Positions 1-11,199 of a stretch of DNA of 64,000 nt are shown piece by piece. The DNA is from an uncultured Candidatus Saccharibacteria bacterium (GTDB taxonomy: Bacteria > Patescibacteriota > Minisyncoccia > Phycocordibacterales > Phycocordibacteraceae). Where the stretch lies: the NCBI GenBank assembly GCA_964507275.1, contig CAZDPG010000001.1:468577-532576 (forward strand). Direction: 5' to 3'. Made by a program: the position numbers and the translations under genes. How positions within the stretch are numbered: the first letter of the stretch is position 1; the number at the start of each line of letters is the position of its first letter. The notes beneath the pieces were generated by a model. It was not told the origin of the DNA. It searched no databases and worked only from the letters and a program-made list of their open reading frames with translations.

Positions 1-57
1 GATGATCGCGAATACGACCAAGAGCTCGACGAGTGTAAACCCTCGTGCCGTTTTCAT
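1..57 (-). CDS. Prepilin-type minor pilin, 5' part only (runs off the window)
   Basis: Reads MKTARGFTLVELLVVFAII, a class III signal peptide (G|FTLVE). Its ATG overlaps the pilD stop (ATGA). Confidence 0.85.
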   Translation of the reverse strand, partial: MKTARGFTLVELLVVFAII

Positions 58-833
58 TGGACGGTCATAAAGGGCAGAGCCGCGATGAGAGTAAGAGGAT
101 TCCATTGGGTAAAGTACGCGAGGAGGAAGCCAGCGGCCAGAAATGGCGCGAACGGCACCTCAACTCCCATTCTAGAGCCAGCAGGCCTCCTAGCCAACAG
201 TGCTATGCCGATAACTGCCCCGATCCAGAACGAAAACATGAAGCCTGAGAGCGCAACGGGACCAGTAAGGAGCGCGAGACCGAATGCAAGTGGCGCGTCT
301 GCGAATCCCATCGCGCGTCCGCGCGAAAACACATGGAGCGCAGCGAGAAACATCGCAATAAGGAGGGCTGTGAGAAGCGTTGTGGACAAGACATCCTTCG
401 AAGGGGACGCGAAGAAAGCGGACAAAGCGCTTGCTGCAATAAACACATAGAGAAGCGGGGACGGCAGTATTTGATGCAAGAGGTCATACGAAACAAGCGC
501 GAGGAGCAACGAGAGAGAGAGGAGTGTCCAGAAGAGCGCCGCGGACACCCCAAGCGTGAGATACGCAAGAACAAAAAGGCTTCCGAGAAGGACTTCGGAA
601 AGCGGTGCGACGTACGAAATACGAGACTTGCAACAACGGGAGCGTCCGCGCGAAGCGACATAGGAAATGATAGGCAGCAGGGATGCATATTTGAGTGTGG
701 AATTGCAAGCATCGCAGCGCGAATGTCCGGTCAGGAAACTCTGCCCGGTATGAAGACGAGCGACAATCACTCCGACGAAACTCGCAATGGCTGCGCCAGT
801 CAAGAAAAAAGCGCCCGGTACCACTAACGTCAT
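54..833 (-). CDS. pilD: Prepilin peptidase (A24 family)
   Basis: N-terminal SRCDAC...GRSRCC Zn motifs, multiple TM segments, YD and MGFAD catalytic Asp motifs, C-terminal VPFAPFL. Confidence 0.93.
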   Translation of the reverse strand: MTLVVPGAFFLTGAAIASFVGVIVARLHTGQSFLTGHSRCDACNSTLKYASLLPIISYVASRGRSRCCKSRISYVAPLSEVLLGSLFVLAYLTLGVSAALFWTLLSLSLLLALVSYDLLHQILPSPLLYVFIAASALSAFFASPSKDVLSTTLLTALLIAMFLAALHVFSRGRAMGFADAPLAFGLALLTGPVALSGFMFSFWIGAVIGIALLARRPAGSRMGVEVPFAPFLAAGFLLAYFTQWNPLTLIAALPFMTVQ

Positions 834-851
834 ATGCTAGCCAGTATAACG

Positions 852-882
852 TAACAGACCCTGTCAGAGACAGGGTCTGTTA
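852..882. terminator. Inverted repeat downstream of the pilin genes
   Basis: TAACAGACCCTGTC-AGA-GACAGGGTCTGTTA, a perfect 14-bp stem. Confidence 0.75.
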
Positions 883-897
883 GCTCAAAACGTATCG

Positions 898-1347
898 TTA
901 GCAGTTGGTTGCTGTAGCTGTGAGAGCTGCAGCGGTCGTCGTCCCCGCACCAGAACTGTCGACGCAGAAGAACGTGCCCGGTGTCGAAACGAGTTCGGCT
1001 GACACGGCGTATGCTGCCCCGTCTGCGGCGACATTACACACTACTGAACCTGTCCCATTCGCGGTATCAGCTGCCTGTACCTGCCTCAGGATGGTCGTAT
1101 CGGCGAAAAGGTTATCAGCTGCGGTACAACTACTCTCGACAGTAGCGTTCGTGCCGTAATTATTGTTGCTCGTGTAGTAGATCTGAGCCTGAGTGCGAAC
1201 CCCGGCAAGATCAGACTGGATAGCAGCATCGCTTCCCTTCGAGCGCGCGGTGTTGAGGGAGGCGAGCACGACTGACGAGAGGATACCGATGATAGCGATA
1301 ACGACGAGCAATTCGATGAGGGTGAAGCCTCGGTGAGTGCGGTTCAT
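898..1347 (-). CDS. Type IV pilin, copy 2
   Basis: RGFTLIELLVVIAIIGILSSVVLASL N-methylation motif; Cys pairs in the C-terminal domain. Confidence 0.93.
   Translation of the reverse strand: MNRTHRGFTLIELLVVIAIIGILSSVVLASLNTARSKGSDAAIQSDLAGVRTQAQIYYTSNNNYGTNATVESSCTAADNLFADTTILRQVQAADTANGTGSVVCNVAADGAAYAVSAELVSTPGTFFCVDSSGAGTTTAAALTATATNC
1235..1329. repeat. 95-bp exact direct repeat, copy A (pilin N-terminus)
   Basis: Identical to 1704-1798 by direct comparison. Confidence 0.9.
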
Positions 1348-1369
1348 GATGATAGAGGACTACGAACGA

Positions 1370-1819
1370 TTAGCTTGCTGGGCAAACCGTAGCACCCGCG
1401 ACAAGATTCGTCACTCTTGAGCCACCGAAACCGGTCGAGTCGACGCACCAGAAGGTCGAAGCTGAGGACGAGAGCGGCGAAGAGATTGCGTAGGCGGTGC
1501 CTGAATTTCCGCACACCATAGCGCCAGCACCGTTCGCAGCGTCTGCGCCAGTAATAGCCTTTGCGATTGTTGTGTCAGCAAAGAGACTTCCTACAGCGGT
1601 ACAGGTCGAGCCGGTCGTACCATAGGAGTTGCTCGTACTACCATAGAAAATCTCAGCCTGAGTCTGGATGGTTGAGAGGTCAGATTGAATAGCGGCGTCA
1701 TTACCCTTCGAGCGCGCGGTGTTGAGGGAGGCGAGCACGACTGACGAGAGGATACCGATGATAGCGATAACGACGAGCAATTCGATGAGGGTGAAGCCGT
1801 GTGAACGATTCTTGGACAT
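1370..1819 (-). CDS. Type IV pilin, copy 1
   Basis: HGFTLIELLVVIAIIGILSSVVLASL motif; Cys-containing variable C-terminal domain. Confidence 0.93.
   Translation of the reverse strand: MSKNRSHGFTLIELLVVIAIIGILSSVVLASLNTARSKGNDAAIQSDLSTIQTQAEIFYGSTSNSYGTTGSTCTAVGSLFADTTIAKAITGADAANGAGAMVCGNSGTAYAISSPLSSSASTFWCVDSTGFGGSRVTNLVAGATVCPAS
1704..1798. repeat. 95-bp exact direct repeat, copy B (pilin N-terminus)
   Basis: Identical to 1235-1329. Confidence 0.9.
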
Positions 1820-1894
1820 AATATGTTGTATGCGGTTAATAGCTAAATTGTACGCTATGCGAACCCTGAAAGGAACCGGGGTGTGGATAAACTG

Positions 1895-3100
1895 CTAGAG
1901 CGCCCCGGCGAGATTGTAGATAGGCAGGAGCACAGCGGCAAGGAGCGTTCCGACGCCGAGACCGAGGAGGACGATCATAATCGGCTCAATGAGGCCAACC
2001 AGCGTGTCCACAGCATTCATCACTTCGCGGTTATAGAACTTCGCAAGCGTCGAGAGTATTTTGCCGAGTTCTCCTGTCTCTTCGCCGACCTTCGTCATCG
2101 CGACCATAATGCTTGGGATTTCTGGATGCTTGTCGAGTGCGGCAGAGATAGGCGACCCGCCCTTCACATCCAACGCAACGTCAGCAAGAACCGCTTCATA
2201 CGCAGCATTACCAACGACCGAGCCGGTGATATCGATGGCTTCAACAACCGAGATGCCGGAAAGGAGCATGGTGGAGAAGTTGTCCGCAATACGAGAGAGA
2301 TAGAGCTTCGTATACAGATCGCCGATATAGGGGACGGTGACTTTCACTCTATCGAGGACGAGCCGACCGGATTCAGTCTTGCTGAGCTCCCATAGATAGA
2401 AGCCGCCAGCTATGATCGCGATGAGGATGAAGATTCCGTAGTGCACGAGGAAATTAGAGAAGTTTATGACGATACTCGTATAGAGTGGTATCGCCTGGCC
2501 AGAATCGACTAGAACGGCACTAATCTTCGGAATCACGAGCGTCAGCATGAGCCCCATCACGCCGAAGAAGACCGCGACGACGAAAATCGGGTAGATGAGC
2601 GCATTCTCTGCCTTGTTCATGATCTCGTATGTGCGGTCGAGATAGTCTGCAAGATAGGAGAACGTCTCTGACAGTTTTCCTGATTCTTCACCGGCACGAA
2701 CCATGTTCACATAGAATGTTTGGAAGACCTTCGGGTGGCGTGCGAGCGCTTTATGGATTGGCGTACCTCCCTGGAGGTCGTCGCCAACCGCAGAGAGGAT
2801 GATGGCGAGTTGCTTATTCTCCACTTCGGAGGCAAGCAGACGAAACACGCGCAGTGCGGAGACCTGCGCCTCGAACAGTGTTGCTATCTGCCGCGATAGG
2901 ATAACGACTTCTTTGTTACTGATGCGACTGAAGAATGAGATGTTGAGCTCGAGGAGCGAGCTTTTTTCGGCGGACTCGATCGATGAAATGATAAGATTGC
3001 GCCGCTGGAGCGACGAGACAGCAATATCCTGCGACGGCGCTTCTATCGTGCCCTGCCGTTCGTGTCCGTCTTGATCGATAGCGTGGTAGGAAAAAAGCAT
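1895..3100 (-). CDS. pilC: Type IV pilus inner-membrane platform protein (T2SS F family)
   Basis: Two GspF repeats (AGEESGKL, VGEETGEL), LIYP and LIEP motifs, three TM segments. Confidence 0.95.
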   Translation of the reverse strand: MLFSYHAIDQDGHERQGTIEAPSQDIAVSSLQRRNLIISSIESAEKSSLLELNISFFSRISNKEVVILSRQIATLFEAQVSALRVFRLLASEVENKQLAIILSAVGDDLQGGTPIHKALARHPKVFQTFYVNMVRAGEESGKLSETFSYLADYLDRTYEIMNKAENALIYPIFVVAVFFGVMGLMLTLVIPKISAVLVDSGQAIPLYTSIVINFSNFLVHYGIFILIAIIAGGFYLWELSKTESGRLVLDRVKVTVPYIGDLYTKLYLSRIADNFSTMLLSGISVVEAIDITGSVVGNAAYEAVLADVALDVKGGSPISAALDKHPEIPSIMVAMTKVGEETGELGKILSTLAKFYNREVMNAVDTLVGLIEPIMIVLLGLGVGTLLAAVLLPIYNLAGAL

Positions 3101-3109
3101 AGGAATCGA

Positions 3110-4171
3110 TTATAGATAATTCTCGAAGGTCTTCGGGTCGAGCGCGTGCTCATACGCATGCTCGACCGTCACTTCCCCGCGCTGTACAAGCTCGGCGAGC
3201 GAGCGGTCCATGTCGATCATGCCTTCCTGCGAAGAGGTCTGGACCACGGCGCTAATCTCATGCGTTCGCGAATCGCGAATGAGAGTGCTCACGGCGCTGT
3301 TGTTGATGAGAAGCTCGCACGCCGGAATGAGCCCTCCTGATATGCGAGGAATGAGACGCTGGGAGAAGATGCCTGCGAGGCTTCCTGCGAGCTGTACGCG
3401 CACCTGACCCTGCTGCTCTGCAGGGAACATGTCGATGATGCGATCGATAGTCTGCGCGGCATTATTGGTGTGCAGCGTGGATAGCACGAGGTGACCAGTC
3501 TCGGCGGCGGTCACCGCCGAAGAAATGGTCTCGTAATCGCGCATTTCACCGACCATGATGACGTCGACGTCTTCGCGGAATGCGCCTTGTAGTGCGGTGT
3601 GGAAATCCGGCGTATCGATATAGATCTCGCGCTGATGAATGAGCGACTTTTTCGGTGCGAAAAGATATTCGACAGGATCTTCAATAGTGAGGATGTGCTC
3701 TGAGCGCGACTCATTGATACGGTCGATCATAGCGGCGAGCGTTGTCGATTTCCCCTGCCCCACCGGCCCAACGACGAGGAAGAATCCCTGCTTATGCTGC
3801 GTAAAGGTCTCAAGGATAGAAGGGAGATTCAATTCGGTGAACGTACGAAGTGCATGTGGTATGAGACGGAGCGCGAGCGCGATCGTTCCCTGTGCGTAAA
3901 AACCGTTGATGCGGAAACGCGAGTCCGACTTGTGCGTATAAGAGAGATCGATAGCCTGATTCTCCCTGAAAGCTTCCCATCGATCCGACGGCACGAGGCT
4001 TTTCAATATCGCTTCGGTCTCCTCGCTGGTAAATGCTGGGTATTTCGTGATGGGAATGAGCGTGCTCGCGACACGGATCATCGGCGACCCACCGGCAAAA
4101 ATATGGAGATCCGAGCCGCCCTGACTGACGACGAGATCCAAAAGCTCCTCGAGACGCTTGTCGCTTGTCAT
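3110..4171 (-). CDS. pilT: Pilus retraction ATPase
   Basis: SDLH, Walker A GPVGQGKST, TIEDPVE, VGEMRD, AAETGHLVLSTLHTN. Confidence 0.95.
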   Translation of the reverse strand: MTSDKRLEELLDLVVSQGGSDLHIFAGGSPMIRVASTLIPITKYPAFTSEETEAILKSLVPSDRWEAFRENQAIDLSYTHKSDSRFRINGFYAQGTIALALRLIPHALRTFTELNLPSILETFTQHKQGFFLVVGPVGQGKSTTLAAMIDRINESRSEHILTIEDPVEYLFAPKKSLIHQREIYIDTPDFHTALQGAFREDVDVIMVGEMRDYETISSAVTAAETGHLVLSTLHTNNAAQTIDRIIDMFPAEQQGQVRVQLAGSLAGIFSQRLIPRISGGLIPACELLINNSAVSTLIRDSRTHEISAVVQTSSQEGMIDMDRSLAELVQRGEVTVEHAYEHALDPKTFENYL

Positions 4172-4572
4172 AGCATTACCGGGGTTGGCGCGTTCAGTCC
4201 AAGAATACGCACCGTCTCCGCGAACACTTCCGAAGGGATTGCCGATGCTTTGATGATGTAGCCATCTGCGGCAAGCTGTTTCGCTTTCTCGACATCCGAA
4301 TCCTGTCCTTGGTTCGAAAGGAAGATGATTTTCGCCCCCTTGGCGAGACCTTCTTTCCGTATCATCTCAAGCGTCTCAAACCCTGTCATGCCCGGCATGA
4401 TGACATCGAGCAGGATCGCATGCGGTGCGGCCACTCCTTCCTTCCGAAGAGCAGCCAGGAGTTCTTCACCGCCGCCGAACACACTGACTTCATGTCCGGC
4501 ACTCTTAAACTTCACCGCGTAAAGATCGAGAAGGAATCTGTCATCATCGACAAGGTATACACGATAGACCAT
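4168..4572 (-). CDS. Single-domain response regulator (CheY-like receiver)
   Basis: LVDDD, LLDVIMPGMTGFE, FLSN, GYIIKA. Confidence 0.9.
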   Translation of the reverse strand: MVYRVYLVDDDRFLLDLYAVKFKSAGHEVSVFGGGEELLAALRKEGVAAPHAILLDVIMPGMTGFETLEMIRKEGLAKGAKIIFLSNQGQDSDVEKAKQLAADGYIIKASAIPSEVFAETVRILGLNAPTPVML

Positions 4573-4630
4573 GCGTACAAGTATACTATATATTCCTCGT
4601 CAATTCGTATCCCCACACTTAAAACAGCGG

Positions 4631-6421
<1,791 letters not shown>

Positions 6422-6423
6422 CC

Positions 6424-6720
6424 TTATTTTTCTATAACGCCAGGGATAGGAGCAAAAGGATCGATACGCCCGGGCGTTTCAGGCGTGACGGGCGTCGTAA
6501 TATCAACAAGCGACATGAAATTCGGATCGGAGAATATCGCGCTATTGAACGAAATCGGCTTCAGTTCGCTCACGAGCACCTGAAACTGTGTTTGCGCAGC
6601 ATTCTGAGAAGAAGATGTCGTAAGTGCTGGCTGCTCCCCCTCCCCGGTGGACATAAACCAATACGCGCCGGCTGCAACGACGAGCGTGACGATGATGAGC
6701 GTTACAGGATTTGTTTTCAT
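6424..6720 (-). CDS. Small membrane-anchored pilus-locus protein (PilP position)
   Basis: N-terminal TM segment, C-terminal GRIDPF motif, located between pilO and pilB. Confidence 0.7.
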   Translation of the reverse strand: MKTNPVTLIIVTLVVAAGAYWFMSTGEGEQPALTTSSSQNAAQTQFQVLVSELKPISFNSAIFSDPNFMSLVDITTPVTPETPGRIDPFAPIPGVIEK

Positions 6721-6738
6721 AGCGTGAAGGAATCGATC

Positions 6739-7293
6739 TTATCGCAGCCAATAAAGGCGAAGCGCCATCTGATAATCATACACACCAGTATTAGAGCCTC
6801 GCACGACAAGATCACGGACATCGAGGAGACGCGCGCTCCCTTCGACACCTCGTAAGAAGGTCTGAAGAGCGGTGAACGTGCCGACAGCTGAGAGAGAAAG
6901 GTCGACCGAGCCCACGAGATCTGTCGTCGCTGGCAATGCACCCGAGCTCTGGCTCCGTGCGGAGGAGTCCCCGGTGACGACATCGATGTTTGCGACCGAG
7001 AGCCCCGAACGAGCCGCGAGGGCGTTGAGATCAAGAATGAGTCCGACATTATCAACCGAATCAGGCAAGAAGATGGCCAATGAGGATAGGTTCGATGGAT
7101 CGATAGAGTCACGAGCGGCGGCAAGCTGGTTCTGCTGGGCTGAATACTGCTGGGCAGCGGCAAGCGCTTCATCATCAAAGGCAATTGATTCTTTCGTGGA
7201 AGCAATCGAGCCGTTCCATACCGGATTCACATACACGAAGAATATGCCTACGGCGATGATGAGAGCTATCGAGGGAAGGATGCGGCTGTTCAT
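6739..7293 (-). CDS. pilO: PilO-like pilus alignment protein
   Basis: N-terminal TM, coiled coil, LPD motif, FLRGVEGSARLLDV; operon position. Confidence 0.75.
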   Translation of the reverse strand: MNSRILPSIALIIAVGIFFVYVNPVWNGSIASTKESIAFDDEALAAAQQYSAQQNQLAAARDSIDPSNLSSLAIFLPDSVDNVGLILDLNALAARSGLSVANIDVVTGDSSARSQSSGALPATTDLVGSVDLSLSAVGTFTALQTFLRGVEGSARLLDVRDLVVRGSNTGVYDYQMALRLYWLR

Positions 7294-7892
7294 AGAGAAG
7301 GTACGGGGGCTTCGCCCGGAGAGAAGACGATCAGCTTCGGATCAAGCGACGCGGAGAAACCGAAAGAGACAGAAGAGTCTGGGAGAATGCCTATCTTCGA
7401 GAAGATAACGTCCTTGATGCGTCCATCAGAAGCGAAGGCCGCCGATGCGGCTGCGAGCGCATTAAAGTTTTTTGCAGCCCCTGATCCCTCAACCCGCGCT
7501 TTCCCCGTTGAGTCGATGGATATATGCAAAGAGGAGAACCGGACATTCGCAGGAAGGAGCTCCTCGAGCGACGAAAAGAAGTTGGACAAGGCGACATGAT
7601 TCTTCAGGAGCGATTGGCTCGCGTTCAACCGGTCGCGCAGTCGGACAAACCCTTCGACCGTGGCCGGATCGATGGCGGCGGCGGCCTTCGCAAGCGCTGC
7701 TTCACGAGACTCGAGTGTCGACGAAAGTATGCGGCCGTAGAAGAAAACACCGATCGCGAGAATGAAGATGATGCCGAGAACTGCATACGCGAAGATATCA
7801 AACAGACCAGAAAGGTTCGCGCGCGGACGTGCACGCGACGCCAATGTCTCGCGTGGCACGAATGATGTGGGGATTGTAGGAAGAAGTGCCAT
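7290..7892 (-). CDS. pilN: PilN-like protein
   Basis: Single TM, coiled coil, LEELLPANVRFSSL; follows pilM. Confidence 0.7.
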   Translation of the reverse strand: MALLPTIPTSFVPRETLASRARPRANLSGLFDIFAYAVLGIIFILAIGVFFYGRILSSTLESREAALAKAAAAIDPATVEGFVRLRDRLNASQSLLKNHVALSNFFSSLEELLPANVRFSSLHISIDSTGKARVEGSGAAKNFNALAAASAAFASDGRIKDVIFSKIGILPDSSVSFGFSASLDPKLIVFSPGEAPVPSL

Positions 7893-7958
7893 CTCGCTTT
7901 TCAGTATACGCTACCTGTTCAAGCTACGGCGGTAGCATCTGTGCAAAACCGCGTGCAA

Positions 7959-9035
7959 TCAAATCTCTTCGAGCTTGCGGAGCGCCAGGCCGACGGCTAC
8001 AGCGAACTCCGGACCGATCTCCTCAAGGACTGGGCGCATGAATGCCGGCGCTTCGGTCTTTACAAAAGGATCCGCGACGCGCACATCGATTGAGAACGTC
8101 TCTTTCGCATAGGCGGCAAGCTCCTTTGTAACGCCGCCACCGCCAGTGAGCACGATCGAAACGACCGATTTCTTATGTGATGTCTCATACTGCATGAGCA
8201 CGCGGCGCGCCTCTGAGAATATCCGCGAGAAGACGAGCTCCGGACTTCCGAGAGGAGCATCCCCATCCCCGAGACCTTTTTCCTTCTTCAGAGCTTCAGC
8301 ACGGGCGAGCGAGACGCCACTCGAAATCGAGATAGCGCGTGTGATGTCCTGACTACCCGTACTGATAGCGTGCGAAAGAGCCACGATTCCGTGCTCGACG
8401 ACATAGGTCTTCGTCGAAGCCGCGCCGATGTCGAGCACCATGACGGGCTTTATCGGTTCATCGACGACCGCGCGTATGGTGCTGAATATCTCAATCTCAA
8501 AGAAGCTTGCATTGAGTCCTGCGCCGGCAGCGACTCTCTGAAGCAGGGCGAGCTCGTCGTTATGGACAGCCACAACAAGCACTTCTACGGTCTTGCGCTC
8601 TTCTTCCTTCTCCGAGGGGTCCATCTTCGGCACGACGAACCAATCGAGCTGAATCTCGCTCATCGGTACCGGGATATACTTCCGCGCCTCGAGCTCGATG
8701 ATGGTCTTCTGCTCTTCTTTATCCTTGCTGTACGGCAGCTCGACGAGAGAAAGGAGCGAACGAGCGAATGGAACGGAGACGCCGCAGCTTGTCGTCGTCA
8801 CTTTCGCTTCGCGCAGAAGATCTGTCAGGGTCTCGGTAACCTGCTCGGCGGAAAGATTCGTGGCTTGTCCCACTTCCCCGCCCCCATACGGACCGAGCGC
8901 AAGCTCTCCATACGTCTCGAGTATCGCCTTGCCTCCCTCCTTGCGCAGCTGCACTACCTTCAAAGAAGAAGAGCCTATATCGACGCCGAGAACGCTCTGT
9001 TCTTTCTTTGCGAATAGAAAATCCAAGAATGCCAT
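7959..9035 (-). CDS. pilM: Pilus assembly actin-like protein
   Basis: GVDIGSSSLKVV, LDIGAAST, LTGGG, FAVAVGLALR. Start placed at ATG 9035 (MAFLDF). Confidence 0.93.
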   Translation of the reverse strand: MAFLDFLFAKKEQSVLGVDIGSSSLKVVQLRKEGGKAILETYGELALGPYGGGEVGQATNLSAEQVTETLTDLLREAKVTTTSCGVSVPFARSLLSLVELPYSKDKEEQKTIIELEARKYIPVPMSEIQLDWFVVPKMDPSEKEEERKTVEVLVVAVHNDELALLQRVAAGAGLNASFFEIEIFSTIRAVVDEPIKPVMVLDIGAASTKTYVVEHGIVALSHAISTGSQDITRAISISSGVSLARAEALKKEKGLGDGDAPLGSPELVFSRIFSEARRVLMQYETSHKKSVVSIVLTGGGGVTKELAAYAKETFSIDVRVADPFVKTEAPAFMRPVLEEIGPEFAVAVGLALRKLEEI

Positions 9036-9049
9036 GTGAGAATAATACC

Positions 9050-9667
9050 ATGTTACGATTTTTCGACTTCCTCTTTCCTCCACGTCAGGATGAGATCACC
9101 TTGCGAGCGGTCTCTGATGACGGGTTCCTTGCACGCACCAATCCACAACTCGTGCCCCACACAGAGCCGGCGACGATCGCTCTCTTCTCGTTTTCAGACG
9201 ACGTAGTGCGTGCGGCAATCCACGAAGCCAAATATCACGGGTCATCGCGTGCCTTTCGCCTCCTTGCGCTCGCGCTCTCTGAATACCTTCGCGACGCCGA
9301 TGATCTAGGACGAGGTACGCTCTATATCGTGCCGATACCGCTCGGGGAGAAGCGGAAGAAAGAACGGGGTCTGAACCAAATCGAGGAAGTGGTACGACGG
9401 TCGCTGTCCGGTGGCTCATCTACATTTTCTTTGGAGACCGACCTCCTGCGACGTACCCGGGAGACGGCTTCGCAGGTCACCCTTCCCCGTACTGAGAGGG
9501 AGGAGAACATGCGCGGAGCCTTTTCTGCGATATTCCCCGCCAACCCTGCGCACACATATATCGTCATCGACGACGTTATCACCACCGGCGCGACGCTCCA
9601 AGCCGCTATCGATGCGCTCCGCGACGCCGGGGCGCATCATATCGTCCCGCTCGCCTTGGCGCATTAA
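9050..9667 (+). CDS. comF: ComF-family competence protein (PRTase fold)
   Basis: VPIPL, ERGLNQ, IVIDDVITTGATL. Start placed at ATG 9050. Confidence 0.88.
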   Translation: MLRFFDFLFPPRQDEITLRAVSDDGFLARTNPQLVPHTEPATIALFSFSDDVVRAAIHEAKYHGSSRAFRLLALALSEYLRDADDLGRGTLYIVPIPLGEKRKKERGLNQIEEVVRRSLSGGSSTFSLETDLLRRTRETASQVTLPRTEREENMRGAFSAIFPANPAHTYIVIDDVITTGATLQAAIDALRDAGAHHIVPLALAH

Positions 9668-9707
9668 AGAGTTAAAAATGGTCTGTTCGACATGGTAGAA
9701 TGGAGGT

Positions 9708-10709
9708 ATGGCTAAACAGTTGAAAGATAGAAGAGCCGTATTCCCCGCTGGTAAGCAAAAGTTCTTTTTAGAAAGCGTCGGACAAAAGATGACGATCGTG
9801 GACATGGCTCGCATCTGTCACTGCTCCGAACGCACGATTCGCGATTGGCGGCGAGAAAAGTTTTCTATGCCGCTTCCAGCGGTTCATACACTCTCAGCAC
9901 GAACACAGGTTTCAATTCCTAAAAACATTGAGATTAAAGATGCATACGCGCATATCGCAAAAGCAAGCAGGATGGGTGCTGCCGCAACCATTGAGAGATA
10001 TGGTCGCATTCCTCGCGATGAGCAGTACCGTAAAGAGCAGTGGCAAGCCTGGTGGGAATCAGAAGGTAAGTTCAAGAAGAATCCGATTCTTGAATCAAAA
10101 GAAATTGATAAACCAAGACGCAGCGTGGAGCTCGCAGAATTCATCGGAGTCATGATGGGCGATGGAGGCATCAGTACCTATCAGGCTACCATCACACTCC
10201 ATCACGAGGATGACCTGGAATACGCCGCCTTTGTAACAAAACTTATCAAAAGACTCTTTAAGATAACGCCGAGCGTTTATCATTTTCCGAAGAGATCTGT
10301 AAATAACATCGTCGTATCTCGGAAAGAATTGGTTGAGTATTTGTGTGCGCTTGGATTACCTATTGGAAACAAGGTGAAACAGCAACTCAATATCCCCGAA
10401 TGGATAAAGAGAAATCAGAAATTCTCGATTGCCTGCTTACGAGGACTTGTCGATACCGATGGGTGTATTTTCACCCATCGGTATCGTGCGAAAGGCATCT
10501 GGTACGCTTATAAGAAAATTTCTTTCACGAGCGCTTCAGAGCCATTGCGAAAGTCAGTCCACGCCATTCTGCAAGAACTAGGATTTCATCCACGAGTAGC
10601 TACTCACGATGTACGCCTCGATCGGATTGAGGATGTGAAGCGATATTTTGCAATCATCGGCAGCCATAATCCGAAACATTTGAGAAGATACGGAAATACG
10701 CTAGGATAG
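9708..10709 (+). CDS. Free-standing LAGLIDADG-family endonuclease-like protein with an N-terminal HTH
   Basis: Two LAGLIDADG motifs (LAEFIGVMMGDG, ACLRGLVDTDG), HTH-like CSERTIRDWRR, more AT-rich than the flanks. Confidence 0.85.
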   Translation: MAKQLKDRRAVFPAGKQKFFLESVGQKMTIVDMARICHCSERTIRDWRREKFSMPLPAVHTLSARTQVSIPKNIEIKDAYAHIAKASRMGAAATIERYGRIPRDEQYRKEQWQAWWESEGKFKKNPILESKEIDKPRRSVELAEFIGVMMGDGGISTYQATITLHHEDDLEYAAFVTKLIKRLFKITPSVYHFPKRSVNNIVVSRKELVEYLCALGLPIGNKVKQQLNIPEWIKRNQKFSIACLRGLVDTDGCIFTHRYRAKGIWYAYKKISFTSASEPLRKSVHAILQELGFHPRVATHDVRLDRIEDVKRYFAIIGSHNPKHLRRYGNTLG

Positions 10710-10716
10710 CCATACG

Positions 10717-10805
10717 GGATGGGTGACTGAGTGGCCGAAAGTACCACACTGCTAACGTGGCAGGGGCGTTAAAACCCCTCGAGGGTTCGAATCCCTCCCC
10801 ATCCG
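10717..10805 (+). tRNA. tRNA-Ser(GCT), CCA not encoded
   Basis: Acceptor stem GGATGGG/CCCATCC, anticodon loop CT-GCT-AA, long variable arm, T-loop GGTTCGAATCC, discriminator G. Confidence 0.95.
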
Positions 10806-10812
10806 CACATCA

Positions 10813-10849
10813 ATACAACAGCCGGCGCATGTAGCGCCGGCTGTTGTAT
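10813..10849. terminator. Bidirectional hairpin terminator
   Basis: ATACAACAGCCGGCGC-ATGTA-GCGCCGGCTGTTGTAT, a 16-bp perfect stem between convergent genes. Confidence 0.8.
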
Positions 10850-10876
10850 ATGTCCGCTAAAGCGCGGAAGGAGTTT

Positions 10877-11107
10877 CTACATCCCTGCTGGGTTGCATTC
10901 GCGGCAATCACCCTTGTGCGAGAACATGAGGGAAAGTGCTGAGAGACCGACAAGCAGGTAGACGAGGTTCTCGACTGCCGGCCATGAGCCGAGGACGAGG
11001 TTTACGACGTTCCAGTTGGCGCTCATGTATGTGCCGAGTGCGACGAGACCCCAGTTGAGTCCGCCGATAACGACGAGAGCGAACGAAATCCAATGCAATG
11101 ATTTCAT
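10877..11107 (-). CDS. DUF378-family small membrane protein
   Basis: LVVIGGLNWGL...VYLLVGLSAL. Confidence 0.85.
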   Translation of the reverse strand: MKSLHWISFALVVIGGLNWGLVALGTYMSANWNVVNLVLGSWPAVENLVYLLVGLSALSLMFSHKGDCRECNPAGM

Positions 11108-11199
11108 GCTGGTGAGTATATTACTGCGGGGGATAATCCGCTTCCTATAGTATGACTCTCTTTGAGACCGCAAAAAGTCCTCCTGTGCAAAACTCGATA

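Noticed and set aside
898-1819. Pilins as remote targets of the DGR
   Set aside because: Their 3' ends show no similarity to the TR, and I found no second VR in this window by eye.
1882-1890. Replication origin at the perfect DnaA box
   Set aside because: It is a single box with no cluster, no AT-rich unwinding element and no dnaA nearby.
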